Positions 48,966-60,226 are shown, numbered from the stretch's first letter. The stretch: 64,000 nt of DNA from Candidatus Babeliales bacterium (GCA_963722255.1 CAVRJO010000001.1:160001-224000), one strand, 5' to 3'. Translations and numbers: made by a program. The notes: generated by a model from the letters alone, not told the origin.

Positions 48966-51245
48966 TTAACTCCTTTGCGAAAGTTTAAAATCTTCTCGAG
49001 GTTCAATGCCTAAAAGCAGATAGATTTCAGAAGCATACAAGGTTTCTTTTTCAAATAAATTATTTGCGAGCTTTTCTAACTTATCTCTATGCTGCATCAA
49101 AAGAGCTTTTACCTTTTCGTAGGATTGCGATAAAAGTTTTTGAATTTCCATATCAATGCGTTCTGCAGTTCTTTGAGAGTAGCTATAATCCCCACGTCTT
49201 TGCTTATATACTACCAATCCCAATTCTTCAGTCATGCCATAACTGCACACCATATGACGTGCAATCTCAGTAGCTTTTTCAAAATCATTTGAAGCTCCCG
49301 TTCCAACTACATTAAATACGAGCTCTTCTGCAACACGACCGCCCAATAATACCATAAGCAACGCAAACATCTCTTCTTTAGTTTGCGAATGTTTTTCATA
49401 TTCAGGTAAAGAGTAGGTGACGCCTAACGCAAATCCACGTGGAATAATAGTTACTTTATGAAGTGGATCACAAAGATCCGGCATTAGAAGACGTACTAAA
49501 GCGTGACCAGCTTCATGAAATGCCGTAATTTTACGCTCAAGTTCAGTTAAAACCATCGTTTTTCGTTCTTCTCCGAGGGTAATTTTATCACGAGCTGCTT
49601 CAAAATCTGCCATGGTAACGGAAGTTTGAGAACTATTTTTGGTAGCATGCAAGGCAGCTTCATTAACAAGATTTGCTAAATCTGCGCCTGAAAATCCCGG
49701 TGTGCCACGAGCCACTTTAGATAAATCTACTGAACGATCCAACTTTATTGACTGTGCATGCACGCTTAATATTTTTTCTCGACTATAAAGATCTGGATAA
49801 GGGACTGCAACTTTTTTATCAAAACGACCGGCACGCACTAAGGCATCATCTAAAGATTCAGGCCTATTGGTTGCTCCAATTACAATAACCGAGCTATCAT
49901 CTGAATTAAATCCATCCATTTCTGCAAGAAGCTGATTCAATGTCTGTATGTGTTCTCGATTACCACCACCATCACTATCTGAGTCCCTGTGCATACCAAC
50001 AGCATCAATTTCATCAATAAAAATGATACTTGGACTATGCTTACGAGCTTCATTAAACAGTTCTCGAACTCTGCTAGCACCAACCCCAACATATTTTTCT
50101 ACGAAATCTGATCCATTTATTATAAAGAATGGACAATTTGCTTCTCCGGCTATAGCTTTTGCTAATAATGTTTTTCCATTTCCTGGATCACCGTGCAGTA
50201 AAACACCATGCGTAATTTTTGCTCCTAATCTCTTGTAATGTTCAGGTTTTTTAAGAAACTCAACAATATCTTTTAGCTCTTCCTTTGTCTCCTGCATTCC
50301 AGCAATGTTCTCAAAGGTGCATGTTACTTGATTAGGGACAAACATAGTACTATGATTCTTATTGCCTTGTTTTTTTAATGCTTGAAGCATAAGCTTATAA
50401 GCTTCTTCAATATCTTGCATAATGGTTATAGTCTGCTTTTTCCTTATGGTAATTCTAACAGCCTTGTTAATTAAATTGGCTAAATCAGAACCGGAAAAAC
50501 CTGCTGTATTTTTCGCAATTTTTTCAAGGTCAACATCCCATCCTAATCTAATATTTTTAGTGTGTATGCTAAGAATCTTTTCACGGCTTTTGGTATCTGG
50601 ATAAGGAACTTCAATTTTTTGATCAAATCTTCTTAATAACGCTTTGTCTAAAATTTCAGAATTATTAGTGGCTGCAATAACCAAAACGGGCGCAACATCG
50701 CCTGTTTCAAATCCATCCATTTCAGTTAATAATTGATTAAGCGTTTGCACCAATTCAGTATCAGAATAAGAGGTTCTTTGACGTCCAATACTATCAATCT
50801 CATCAATAAAAATAACACAAGGTGAACGGAAACGAGCCTCAGCAAAAAGATCTCGAACTCGCGCTGCTCCTACACCAACATACATTTCAATAAATTCCGC
50901 ACCCGATACACTAAAAAAATAACAGTTTGCCTCACCTGCAAGAGCTTTGGCAAGAAGCGTTTTTCCATTTCCGGGCTCACCAACTAATAATATACCTCGT
51001 GGAAATTGTGCACCAAGTTCCTGATATTTTTTGTAATTTTTTAAAAAGTCTACAACTTCCCTTAATTCTTGCTTAGCTTCATCAGCTCCTGCAACAGAAT
51101 CAAAATTGACCTTGATATCTGAAGGAGCATAAAGTCTTGCTGTATTTTGCATGAATTGAGAATCATGAACACAATTAGTAACCAATGAAATGAAAAATAT
51201 ACAAATATAAAATATATTTCTAAACAAATAACTTATTTTGTTCAT
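48966..51245 (-). CDS. FtsH-like M41 protease with two tandem AAA+ domains
   Basis: GEPGNGKT/IFIDEID and GDPGNGKT/IFIDEID, two FSGxDL motifs, HEAGH, GASND. Confidence 0.9.
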   Translation of the reverse strand: MNKISYLFRNIFYICIFFISLVTNCVHDSQFMQNTARLYAPSDIKVNFDSVAGADEAKQELREVVDFLKNYKKYQELGAQFPRGILLVGEPGNGKTLLAKALAGEANCYFFSVSGAEFIEMYVGVGAARVRDLFAEARFRSPCVIFIDEIDSIGRQRTSYSDTELVQTLNQLLTEMDGFETGDVAPVLVIAATNNSEILDKALLRRFDQKIEVPYPDTKSREKILSIHTKNIRLGWDVDLEKIAKNTAGFSGSDLANLINKAVRITIRKKQTITIMQDIEEAYKLMLQALKKQGNKNHSTMFVPNQVTCTFENIAGMQETKEELKDIVEFLKKPEHYKRLGAKITHGVLLHGDPGNGKTLLAKAIAGEANCPFFIINGSDFVEKYVGVGASRVRELFNEARKHSPSIIFIDEIDAVGMHRDSDSDGGGNREHIQTLNQLLAEMDGFNSDDSSVIVIGATNRPESLDDALVRAGRFDKKVAVPYPDLYSREKILSVHAQSIKLDRSVDLSKVARGTPGFSGADLANLVNEAALHATKNSSQTSVTMADFEAARDKITLGEERKTMVLTELERKITAFHEAGHALVRLLMPDLCDPLHKVTIIPRGFALGVTYSLPEYEKHSQTKEEMFALLMVLLGGRVAEELVFNVVGTGASNDFEKATEIARHMVCSYGMTEELGLVVYKQRRGDYSYSQRTAERIDMEIQKLLSQSYEKVKALLMQHRDKLEKLANNLFEKETLYASEIYLLLGIEPREDFKLSQRS

Positions 51246-51355
51246 AGAATTGCCTCCAAATTAAAAGATTTATAACCCCAAATTTACTGATATTTTAAGA
51301 ATATCAATATTATTAAATTATACATATTTTGAAAAAATATTCAATGAGAGAAGTT

Positions 51356-52030
51356 TTATTGAGAGTTTAAGGCAAAGAATACCAACTTTCTTTCCTTATT
51401 CTGAACTTTATAGGAACACTCTTTCCAAAAAAAAGGCTGCTCATGAGCAGTTATATGCCAATGGCGCGAAGCCCAATAGACGAGCCGAGCTTTTTTATAA
51501 GGGCACGAAGGACTAAACATACGAACCAGCTCATCAGTATGCAATGAAGCACGGCTTACAAAAAGGTCAATCGGGTACTCGGTTTTTCTCAAAAAGGTCC
51601 GCCAATCCAGTTCCTCAACTTTAATATTTTCTAATTGGAGCTCTTGAACAACTCGTCGTAAAAATTCAGCTTTTTTTGCTGACACTTCTATTAAGGTGAA
51701 TGAAATATGTGGATTTGCAATTTTTAAGGGAATTCCAGGAAATCCGCCACCGGTACCTACATCAGCAATATGGCTAATTGAGGACAAATCGTAACAATTC
51801 ATAAGCGCTAAGGAATCGATAAAATGATGCTCAATAATATCCTTAATAGATGTTATTGCTGTTAAGTTAAACTCCCTACTAGCTTGATAAAAAAGGACTA
51901 AATAGCGTTTAAACTGTTCAATCTGTTGGTCCGTTAACGAAAATTTTTCTTGTAATTGGACAAAAAGCGCTTGGCTTTCCAAATCCAATGATAAGGGGGT
52001 TTCCACGATAATTCCTTGAAACGATAGCAT
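51356..52030 (-). CDS. rsmG: 16S rRNA m7G527 methyltransferase
   Basis: FNLTAI, HFIDSL, DVGTGGGFPGIPL, VSRA. Confidence 0.92.
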   Translation of the reverse strand: MLSFQGIIVETPLSLDLESQALFVQLQEKFSLTDQQIEQFKRYLVLFYQASREFNLTAITSIKDIIEHHFIDSLALMNCYDLSSISHIADVGTGGGFPGIPLKIANPHISFTLIEVSAKKAEFLRRVVQELQLENIKVEELDWRTFLRKTEYPIDLFVSRASLHTDELVRMFSPSCPYKKARLVYWASRHWHITAHEQPFFWKECSYKVQNKERKLVFFALNSQ

Positions 52031-52097
52031 TTTGAAATAAATGTTTGTTATAGTAAGTATAACAGTAAGTATATGTAAAGAAAATTAAAGAGAATAT

Positions 52098-52814
52098 ATG
52101 AAAAGTAGATTTTTATTTGGTTTTTTACTATTTTCTATCTCTTTCCTTTCAGCTCGATTACCCGTTAGTTCTATTATAACCTTCTTTTTAGTTGAAGCTC
52201 CCTTCACCTCACCCGAAGAAGATGTAACAAAATTTAATCAAAAAATTGCAATACCGGGAAAAATGGCCAATAAAATTGCAAATGCTTTGACATCACAACC
52301 TAACAAAGGAATTTTTGCAACCTATGGAGGCTATTTAGTTGTTTCAAATTTTAATGGCCAAATAACATTTCCCAGAATGCAACAGAAAACGGATTTTTTT
52401 CTTATCGTTACCGAGAAGATTCAACCAATTTTAATGATTGGAAATACTATTCATCATTGGGAATTTACTAAAATGCCCACAACCATCTATTCAATAGAAA
52501 GAAAACAAAATAGTGAAACAAAACTTTTTTATTGGGATGTTCAAGAAGTTTCCAAGCCAGAAAATAATATTATTCCCCTCAACAGTATTATCATTTTTGC
52601 AAAACCAAAGAATATTATTGTTCCTACTGGCATTACGATCAGTAACGATAATCCCCAACTCATATTGCCTCCTGTTTATGTTGTAAAAAATAATAATAAT
52701 ACTCTACCAGCTCTTGAAACATTGCAAGTACGACAATTTTTTGGCACAATACATTTAGAAAATAAAAAAGAAAATGCTACCTATTATTCATCACAAATAA
52801 TCACTACGCAATAA
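52098..52814 (+). CDS. secreted hypothetical protein
   Basis: Signal peptide, 238 aa. Confidence 0.65.
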   Translation: MKSRFLFGFLLFSISFLSARLPVSSIITFFLVEAPFTSPEEDVTKFNQKIAIPGKMANKIANALTSQPNKGIFATYGGYLVVSNFNGQITFPRMQQKTDFFLIVTEKIQPILMIGNTIHHWEFTKMPTTIYSIERKQNSETKLFYWDVQEVSKPENNIIPLNSIIIFAKPKNIIVPTGITISNDNPQLILPPVYVVKNNNNTLPALETLQVRQFFGTIHLENKKENATYYSSQIITTQ

Positions 52815-52887
52815 CCCTTTTGTGCCATTCTAATAAATACTGTTATACTACTGATATATTGTTAACCATTTTCATTAAGGAAATGTC

Positions 52888-53517
52888 ATGAAATTGCAAA
52901 TTTCTTTTGACCTCACTGACTTACAAAAAGCTCTTGATATAGCAACAGATGTAGCACCCTATGCAAGCATACTTGAAGTTGGCTCGCTTCTTCTTTATAA
53001 ATATGGAACACAATCTATTGAAGCATTCCGTAAACAATTTCCTAAAGCAACTCTTTTAGTTGATGCAAAAATAAGTGATAGGGCAAAAGAAGCGGTAACG
53101 ACTCTTTCTCAAGCTGGAGCTGATTGGATCACCGTAATGGCAGGAACAACACCAAATGTTATCCATTCTGCTTGTACAACAGCACATGAACTCAATAAAA
53201 AAATAATGCTTGATCTTCTTGATGCGAGTTCTCTTGGTCAATCTGCACTTGAAGCAAAAGGCCATGGCGTTGATGCTCTCCTTTTTCATACACCACATGA
53301 TGAAGAAGCTTCGTTACTATTTCTGGATAAATGGGACATTGTACGAGGCAACACTACCTTACCAATTTTTATATCAGGTAAAATCTCTCGCACAATTATT
53401 GATAAAATTTTATCAATAAAACCGGATGGAATCATTATTGGAAAATCAGTGGTTGATGCAGCAAATCCAGCAGAAGAGGCAGAATTTTACCAAAAAATAT
53501 GCAATTCAGAACTATAA
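52888..53517 (+). CDS. hxlA: 3-hexulose-6-phosphate synthase / KGPDC family
   Basis: MKLQISFD, ILEVG.LL...G, DAKISD, AGADWITV. Confidence 0.75.
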   Translation: MKLQISFDLTDLQKALDIATDVAPYASILEVGSLLLYKYGTQSIEAFRKQFPKATLLVDAKISDRAKEAVTTLSQAGADWITVMAGTTPNVIHSACTTAHELNKKIMLDLLDASSLGQSALEAKGHGVDALLFHTPHDEEASLLFLDKWDIVRGNTTLPIFISGKISRTIIDKILSIKPDGIIIGKSVVDAANPAEEAEFYQKICNSEL

Positions 53518-53532
53518 CTTTATGCTATGCCA

Positions 53533-56500
53533 TCAACCTATATAAAGTTTTGAGGGTGAAAGAATATCGTTAGTTCTTGCGTCAATTGAAGGTTTAAGAC
53601 TTTTTTTAATAGCATCAGCAGAAATTTCACCATAAAAAGTATACATAAATAAATAGCTAAACGCTTCATAAAGCTTTAAGGCAAATTGTGCAATGGCGCT
53701 ATAACCAACTGCCCTATTGAAGGTATCTGATGAACTTTTAACCTTATTTTCAAATAATGAAAACCCTGTGTTTATCATTGCTACAAAATCCTTACCGTCA
53801 GGAAAATTCGTACGATTCATCATAAGCGTTACTGACCCAATAGTATCAAAGGCTATATTATTTTTTTTTGAAAATGTCGTAAGAAGTTCTAATGCAGAGT
53901 CATGAACCTTTTCGATGGTTTTATCATCAAGTGCTAACCACGTTAAAATCGAAGGCGCGTCAATATTTGAAATACCTTGTGTTATATAACTATTAGTAAC
54001 ATTATAAAAAATAAGCGCATCAAGAACTAGATTTCTCAAATCTTCCATCGTAGAAGCTTCTTCGGCTGAAATAGCTTCCGCTGAAGAACCCTTTGATAAA
54101 TATTTAATTAAAAGATCATTAAAGTTAATTGTTTCACCGGTATCTGCTATAGTAATTGGTTCGGTTAATGCTTTTTGAAATTGTCCCATCTTTAGTGTAG
54201 AACCCTTGGTTAATGCTGAAAGATAGTTCAAATAATAATGATCAATCGTTTTTTGAACTTCAAGCGTCTGTGGTTGAATTCTTTTAGATAAGGAAGCAGC
54301 AGTATAAAAATAAGAGATTGAATCAAAGTACTTACCTTGTTCTACTAAAAGATTTCCTGCAAAATTATGATTAACTGCTATATCTGCATACAAAGAACTA
54401 TCAAGATTATAGGTAGTAATTGCTACGATATATTTTTGAAGAATATCCTTTAAAATATCAACATAGTTAAACGATAAAGGGTCTCCGACCAAAAAGTTTT
54501 TGAGCGTATCGCCCCAATTTTTGTACGTAACGCCAATGAGAGTATGTATTGGTTTATAATTTTTATTTGTTTTAGAAACAAGATCATTTGCAAGCGGAAC
54601 AGTATAGTAACTTATCATTTGATTAAAAAGAGTATCTACTGAAGCTTTTAATTCTGAATAACTATCTAACACAACCGCCATATCTTTTTTATTACTTTTG
54701 ATAAGATTTTTCCATGCATCACTTTTCTGCAATTTTGTAAGTTGTTCTTGGTAAGAATACCCTTCACTCAAATAGGTCATCACTTGTTTAGTAACCATTG
54801 CATCATATTCTTGCTGATCATTGCCATGGGGCAATGATGCTTGCCCAACAGAGATTGTTTCATCTTCAGGTCCTGGTTTAAATAATGTAGCTGCCCATGA
54901 ATAATAAACAATAACCGCAGGATAGCGTGGATAATAGTTTTTTGTACCAACTATTCGAGGTATGGGTAAAGAATAGATATACAATACAAACTGTTTATCT
55001 GCTTTTTGCTGAAGCACAAAGTTCATACTTTTTTTAGCAGCTCGTTCCTGGAATAATGCCTTCATCTTTCCGGCAAAGCCGATCATAGTTACAAAAGCAA
55101 TCTTTTGATTATCATCAAGAGCTGTAAAAACAGGATTAATTTTAAGCTCATCATATTTCAGTGAAACAAGCGGCATTAAGCTCGTAAACTTTTCAGGATC
55201 ATTGATTTTATTATATATATATAACTCTACAGCTAGGTTGATGAGAAAATCAGTAGTCTTTGTTGGATCCGTTTTTAAAAAATCAAGATTTGGAAACCCT
55301 TTTGATATATCTGATGGCACGGATTGTCCATACAATTGCAACTCATATGATTCGGGAACCTGCATACCCGCAACAGATACTTGCCCTTGTGGAATAACTA
55401 AATCTCGGTAAAGCGATGCCAAATATAATGTGTTCGAAAGAGCGAGTCGTCTGATAAATTGAGGAGTAATTTGTTGACCTGCATCAGTGTAACGTTGACG
55501 CGCTGAACTATAAGCAGAATAAGCAATTTTATAATTTTTTTGATTAAAATAATGATCTCCAACCTGATTATAAAGATTTGCAAGCTTAAGGATAAGATTA
55601 GGCAACTCTATGGTTTTTTTCAATGTTATATAGGTATAAAGTACCGTTTCTGATTTTCCTTCCTTTTCTAGCATCATACAATTTGTACGTTGTTCAGGTG
55701 TTAATGATATGCCAACTGAAGTTAAAATATTCTTCTGTTGATCAAGCGCCTGATCTATTTGCTCTGCCCAAATAATTACTTTCTCTTGATCAATTGTCGC
55801 TGTGGTAAGCAAATTCGCTTGATTTACGATGGCACTAAGCAATCCTTGAATGTCACCGTAAGAAACTTCAAGCAATTTATCAATCTTTTGCTTAAGTGCA
55901 ACAGCCTCTTCTTCTTCATTATCATTTATGCGCAGAATAAATTGTTGATACCATAGCATTGCTAAACCCAGTTCTGGATTCACCGTGACATATTTTTTAT
56001 AATTTTCTGCATATTCATTTACTGCATTAATAAATGCAGCTTTTGCTTCTATTTTTCCTAAATGATATAAAGAAATATATTGTTGCAATAACTGGTCCCA
56101 CTGCTGAGAAGCGCTACTGGTATAAATTCCCTTAACATTTTTTGGCACCCAATCAGCATATGTCATTGCTAACAACTTTTTTTCATTGGTTTGCGCTTCA
56201 ACAAATAGTTTTTCAACTGCATCTTTTGACTTCGCTAGCTGACTAAGCTTTGATGTAAGAAAATTTTGAAACGTAAGAGGCAAAAATTGATTACGATTAT
56301 AAGCATTGATATAATAAGCTAGTTCTATCTCAACATATTGCGTTATTTGACCAGCAAGTTCGATACTCGATTTTGCAATATATCGTTGAGCCAAAATCTC
56401 AAAATTAAAAGGCGTTTCAGTAACTTTGTTTAAAAAAAAGGAAGGTACAAACTTATTAAGCTCTTGATTAGCTGCATACAGAAGATCGGCCTTCTTAAAT

Positions 56501-58404
56501 AGTTGCAGCGCATTTTGGTAATAGGTTGACTCTGCATCCTGCAAATTTGCAACTGTTTTTAATTGCAGCAATCTATCGCCATTTTGCAATGCTTCATACG
56601 CTTGACGTAAAGACATTAAAAGATCAACTGCAACAGATAGATTATTATTAAGGCGTTCAATATCTACCGATTGGGGCAATAAGGGATTGTTTGTTCTTAC
56701 CGCCTTATAGCTTGCTAAAGCATCTTGATAATACCCATAAACGGCTTGATACAGTTGTAATAAATCTGAAAATAGCTGACTTGCTTGATCCGAAATTAAC
56801 GTCCCATCAAGACTATTGCTGTAATTCAAATAAGCTTCGATATTCGTTTTATTGCTACTTTCAAACTTATTAAATAGTTCTCCAGCAGTCTTAAGCGCAT
56901 AGTTACTTTCAAGATCTGATAAAATAATTAAAACTTTATTAGCATCAAGAAGATCCGCTCCTTGTTCAAAAAAAGTTTGAGCCTGCTTGTAATATGTAAT
57001 CGTTTTATTAGAATCACCCGATCGCTGCATTATTTTTGCTTGTGCCAATGCCGCAAGAGCATCTGATAAATTTTTTGATAAATTCAAATTTTCTTGAGCC
57101 TGCGCTCCTTCTCCTGCTTGCGTAAAGTAAGAAGCCGCTTGCTTATAATATTCAATAAGTTTGGTAATACTAGCAGTATTGTCTTGAGCCATTTGCAAAC
57201 TCTTTAACAAAGATTGTGCGCTATTTACATACAGTATCGCCATAGCAGTATTAATCAGATTTATATCTTCCTTGACTGTTTTATTTGATTGCGACATTAC
57301 TGACAATTCACTCATAAGTCCATTATAGAACGCAAGCGCATAAGCACGTTGCTGTTCTGTAGGATTAGTCATTGTATTTGCTAACGTTTGTAATGCATTT
57401 TTGTAAACATTAAAGGTTATTTGAATCTTTTTCTTCCAATAATCATTAACTAACGTTGCTTGCTCATTAGCATCAGTAAAATATTTTTTTATCTCATTTT
57501 GTACTACTCCATCATAACCATACCGCACCAAAGCAATGTCTTTAGGATTGTTTGTACCAAGCAATCGTATAACCGTATCACTTAATAGTTTATAATAGTC
57601 ATCACCCAACTTTTTATTGTGTAATGCTGCTACTTGATCATAGGTTCTATCTAATAAAAAATTACCTATATTTTTTAAAGAGGCAATTAACAAACTATTA
57701 GAATCATTCACATCAATTGAACCAAACGAACTATAAACCTTAAATGCTAAAGCTGCAACAGACTGCCATTGCTGAACAATTGCATCTACTTTTGATACAT
57801 CATAGGGCTTTTTATAGGTTTCTAGACCAAAAAGCTGCATAGCTTGTAGCGCTTTAGTGAAAGAACCATATATTTTTTCAATCCCTTCAAGTTCAGCTGC
57901 CATTCTTTTTTGATATGCCTGCTGCGCCAGCTGCACTTTTTTTTCTTCTTCAGCCTGCTTTGCTAATGCTTCTTTATTTTCTACTGCTTGTTGTGAATTT
58001 AAGTAGTTTGTTAACTGTTGATCGACATCAATAAACACTAAAGAAACCAACTGTTTTATGTTTTGTTGAGCAGTTGTACTAATCGAAGAAATCTGTTCTG
58101 CTGCATCCAATTTTTCAATAAGATTTGTACTCTGAGTTTTTGGCTCTAAGGGCTTTATTGCTTCAAGAGCTGTTGAATAAATCTTATCAATTTTGCTTTC
58201 TACACCATTAAGCGAAACAAGCCATGTTTTTTTTACAGCATCGGGTAGAGGAGTAAGTTTGGATAACAGATCAGCTACTATTTTCTTTTCAGTTTGATAC
58301 GTCGTTTGTAAATCCTGCTCAGCAGAGGTTACCGGATATACCGTAGAATAAAATGTAAACCAACCAATTATCCCTATACTGACTGCCATCATTCGCTTCA
58401 TCAT
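53533..58404 (-). CDS. giant secreted alpha-helical protein (1623 aa)
   Basis: Signal peptide; TPR/SNAP-like YxxAxxYF helical repeats. Confidence 0.75.
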   Translation of the reverse strand: MMKRMMAVSIGIIGWFTFYSTVYPVTSAEQDLQTTYQTEKKIVADLLSKLTPLPDAVKKTWLVSLNGVESKIDKIYSTALEAIKPLEPKTQSTNLIEKLDAAEQISSISTTAQQNIKQLVSLVFIDVDQQLTNYLNSQQAVENKEALAKQAEEEKKVQLAQQAYQKRMAAELEGIEKIYGSFTKALQAMQLFGLETYKKPYDVSKVDAIVQQWQSVAALAFKVYSSFGSIDVNDSNSLLIASLKNIGNFLLDRTYDQVAALHNKKLGDDYYKLLSDTVIRLLGTNNPKDIALVRYGYDGVVQNEIKKYFTDANEQATLVNDYWKKKIQITFNVYKNALQTLANTMTNPTEQQRAYALAFYNGLMSELSVMSQSNKTVKEDINLINTAMAILYVNSAQSLLKSLQMAQDNTASITKLIEYYKQAASYFTQAGEGAQAQENLNLSKNLSDALAALAQAKIMQRSGDSNKTITYYKQAQTFFEQGADLLDANKVLIILSDLESNYALKTAGELFNKFESSNKTNIEAYLNYSNSLDGTLISDQASQLFSDLLQLYQAVYGYYQDALASYKAVRTNNPLLPQSVDIERLNNNLSVAVDLLMSLRQAYEALQNGDRLLQLKTVANLQDAESTYYQNALQLFKKADLLYAANQELNKFVPSFFLNKVTETPFNFEILAQRYIAKSSIELAGQITQYVEIELAYYINAYNRNQFLPLTFQNFLTSKLSQLAKSKDAVEKLFVEAQTNEKKLLAMTYADWVPKNVKGIYTSSASQQWDQLLQQYISLYHLGKIEAKAAFINAVNEYAENYKKYVTVNPELGLAMLWYQQFILRINDNEEEEAVALKQKIDKLLEVSYGDIQGLLSAIVNQANLLTTATIDQEKVIIWAEQIDQALDQQKNILTSVGISLTPEQRTNCMMLEKEGKSETVLYTYITLKKTIELPNLILKLANLYNQVGDHYFNQKNYKIAYSAYSSARQRYTDAGQQITPQFIRRLALSNTLYLASLYRDLVIPQGQVSVAGMQVPESYELQLYGQSVPSDISKGFPNLDFLKTDPTKTTDFLINLAVELYIYNKINDPEKFTSLMPLVSLKYDELKINPVFTALDDNQKIAFVTMIGFAGKMKALFQERAAKKSMNFVLQQKADKQFVLYIYSLPIPRIVGTKNYYPRYPAVIVYYSWAATLFKPGPEDETISVGQASLPHGNDQQEYDAMVTKQVMTYLSEGYSYQEQLTKLQKSDAWKNLIKSNKKDMAVVLDSYSELKASVDTLFNQMISYYTVPLANDLVSKTNKNYKPIHTLIGVTYKNWGDTLKNFLVGDPLSFNYVDILKDILQKYIVAITTYNLDSSLYADIAVNHNFAGNLLVEQGKYFDSISYFYTAASLSKRIQPQTLEVQKTIDHYYLNYLSALTKGSTLKMGQFQKALTEPITIADTGETINFNDLLIKYLSKGSSAEAISAEEASTMEDLRNLVLDALIFYNVTNSYITQGISNIDAPSILTWLALDDKTIEKVHDSALELLTTFSKKNNIAFDTIGSVTLMMNRTNFPDGKDFVAMINTGFSLFENKVKSSSDTFNRAVGYSAIAQFALKLYEAFSYLFMYTFYGEISADAIKKSLKPSIDARTNDILSPSKLYIG

Positions 58405-58477
58405 AGTTCTCCAATAAATAACTCTAATTAGTTACTTAACTGTAAAATAAGCGATTCAGGCAATACAATAGTTCTTT

Positions 58478-60226
58478 TTATGAAACTTTAAATTGATCAT
58501 TATACATTTCTTTGATTTCCTCAGGTGTCGTTGATTGCTCTGCTTTTTTATCAAGAACATAATCAATAAAACGTGGGAAACGTAATGCGTAGCCTAAACT
58601 AGTTTCAGTTTTAGCTGCAGTATGTAGTGGAGACAAGGTAATTTCATCAGCAAGAATAGAACACACAATTTCAGGAGCTACCCAAACATCAGGATAAAGT
58701 TCCTTTGGACATTCAACATTGTTTGGCTTATGATCTACGGCTAATGCATCAGATTTTTTTTTCAACTCTTTCCATCCATCATCCTTTAAGCCTGTTCCAA
58801 TTTTGGCTATTGTTTGAAAACAGTCTCTATGAGGATTATAGATTCCTACTAAAAAAGCACCTATACCCAATGAAGAACGTCGACCTTTGCCTTGATAATA
58901 ACCTAAAACAACACAGTCTATTGTGTCTTCAACATGGCTATTTACCATCCGCTTGAATTTGATCCAGTTGAAATTTCTTTTACCGGCCTGGTATACGGAA
59001 TTATCTTTTTTAACCATTATTCCTTCAAGCCCAGAATCTATATTTTTTAAAAAATAGTCTTTTAGTTCTTGGGCCGAATTAATGCTGACCTCCGGAATCA
59101 CGTGTATTACCGACCCTTGATAATTTTTTAAAATCTCTAGCAATCTATCTCTACGTTCATGATGAGTTTCATTAATTAATTCTTTGCCATTCAAATAGAG
59201 AATATCAAAAACGTAGAGCTGCAATGGGAATTCGGTAACCGCTTCCTCAATACCATGCTTCCTTTTTCTTTTTACGGTCTCTTGAAACGGAACAAAACTT
59301 CCTGTATTAGGATCATATACAATAGCCTCACCTTCACAAATCATTGTTTTGACAGGCAATTGCAAGAATTCTGTAACCAAATCGGGAAACATTTCAGACA
59401 TATCTATAAGATTTCTTGAAAAAAAATGAACAACAGGATTCAACAAATCCGTTTTATCCAAATGAATCTGAAGTCTAAAGCCATCAAGTTTTGGTTGCGC
59501 GATGGAAGCACCAACGCGTTCAAAAATTGCTTCGGCAGTTGGCAAACGTTCTGCAGCTGCCATACGAATAGGAATACCGAGCTTACACTGTAATTTCTCA
59601 ATTCCTGCGATACCGTCTACTTTAATTGTTTTAGCAATATAACCAATATCAGCACATAGATTATATGCCTCTTCAATCTTTTTATGCAAACTTTTATCAC
59701 CGGTTTCCATCCAAGAAAGAGCATCAATGAGAGTCATATCAGAAAATCCAAGGCGCAATTTACCTAAAATAATGCGTACTACATATTGAGCTGACAAAGA
59801 ATCTAAATCTCGAAGCAACGCTAAAGTAAAAAGAGATCTTTCTTCCTGAGACCCGGCACCACTTAATTTTTCAAGATGCAATAATTTAGTATATACATCA
59901 ATTACCGACAATTTCTTTTCCGGCGTCCAATTTTTTGTTGCTATAACTAAACCTAAATCACCTAAACTCTTTGCTTTTTGTTCAATCTCTTCTTGACTAG
60001 ATTCTAAAAGCAAAGCAACTACTTTGAGCAAGCTTTTCTCAGCCATATTAAATTGCGTTCCACCTTGATATGAAGGCCTAACAAGACCAAGCGACAGGTT
60101 ACAAATAATTTCAGACTCATCTGCTGAAGTATCGTGTAAAAGCTCGGCTAATATTTTGGTGATTTCAATACGAGATGAAACATGGCCAATTTTTTCAAAT
60201 GCCTGTGCTACCTTAGTAAAATCCAT
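58478..60226 (-). CDS. ATP-dependent DNA ligase with N-terminal DNA-binding domain
   Basis: PKLDGFR, FSRN, EGE, FDIL, EGIMVK, WIKFK, LRFPRF; start revised to MDFTKVA. Confidence 0.93.
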   Translation of the reverse strand: MDFTKVAQAFEKIGHVSSRIEITKILAELLHDTSADESEIICNLSLGLVRPSYQGGTQFNMAEKSLLKVVALLLESSQEEIEQKAKSLGDLGLVIATKNWTPEKKLSVIDVYTKLLHLEKLSGAGSQEERSLFTLALLRDLDSLSAQYVVRIILGKLRLGFSDMTLIDALSWMETGDKSLHKKIEEAYNLCADIGYIAKTIKVDGIAGIEKLQCKLGIPIRMAAAERLPTAEAIFERVGASIAQPKLDGFRLQIHLDKTDLLNPVVHFFSRNLIDMSEMFPDLVTEFLQLPVKTMICEGEAIVYDPNTGSFVPFQETVKRKRKHGIEEAVTEFPLQLYVFDILYLNGKELINETHHERRDRLLEILKNYQGSVIHVIPEVSINSAQELKDYFLKNIDSGLEGIMVKKDNSVYQAGKRNFNWIKFKRMVNSHVEDTIDCVVLGYYQGKGRRSSLGIGAFLVGIYNPHRDCFQTIAKIGTGLKDDGWKELKKKSDALAVDHKPNNVECPKELYPDVWVAPEIVCSILADEITLSPLHTAAKTETSLGYALRFPRFIDYVLDKKAEQSTTPEEIKEMYNDQFKVS

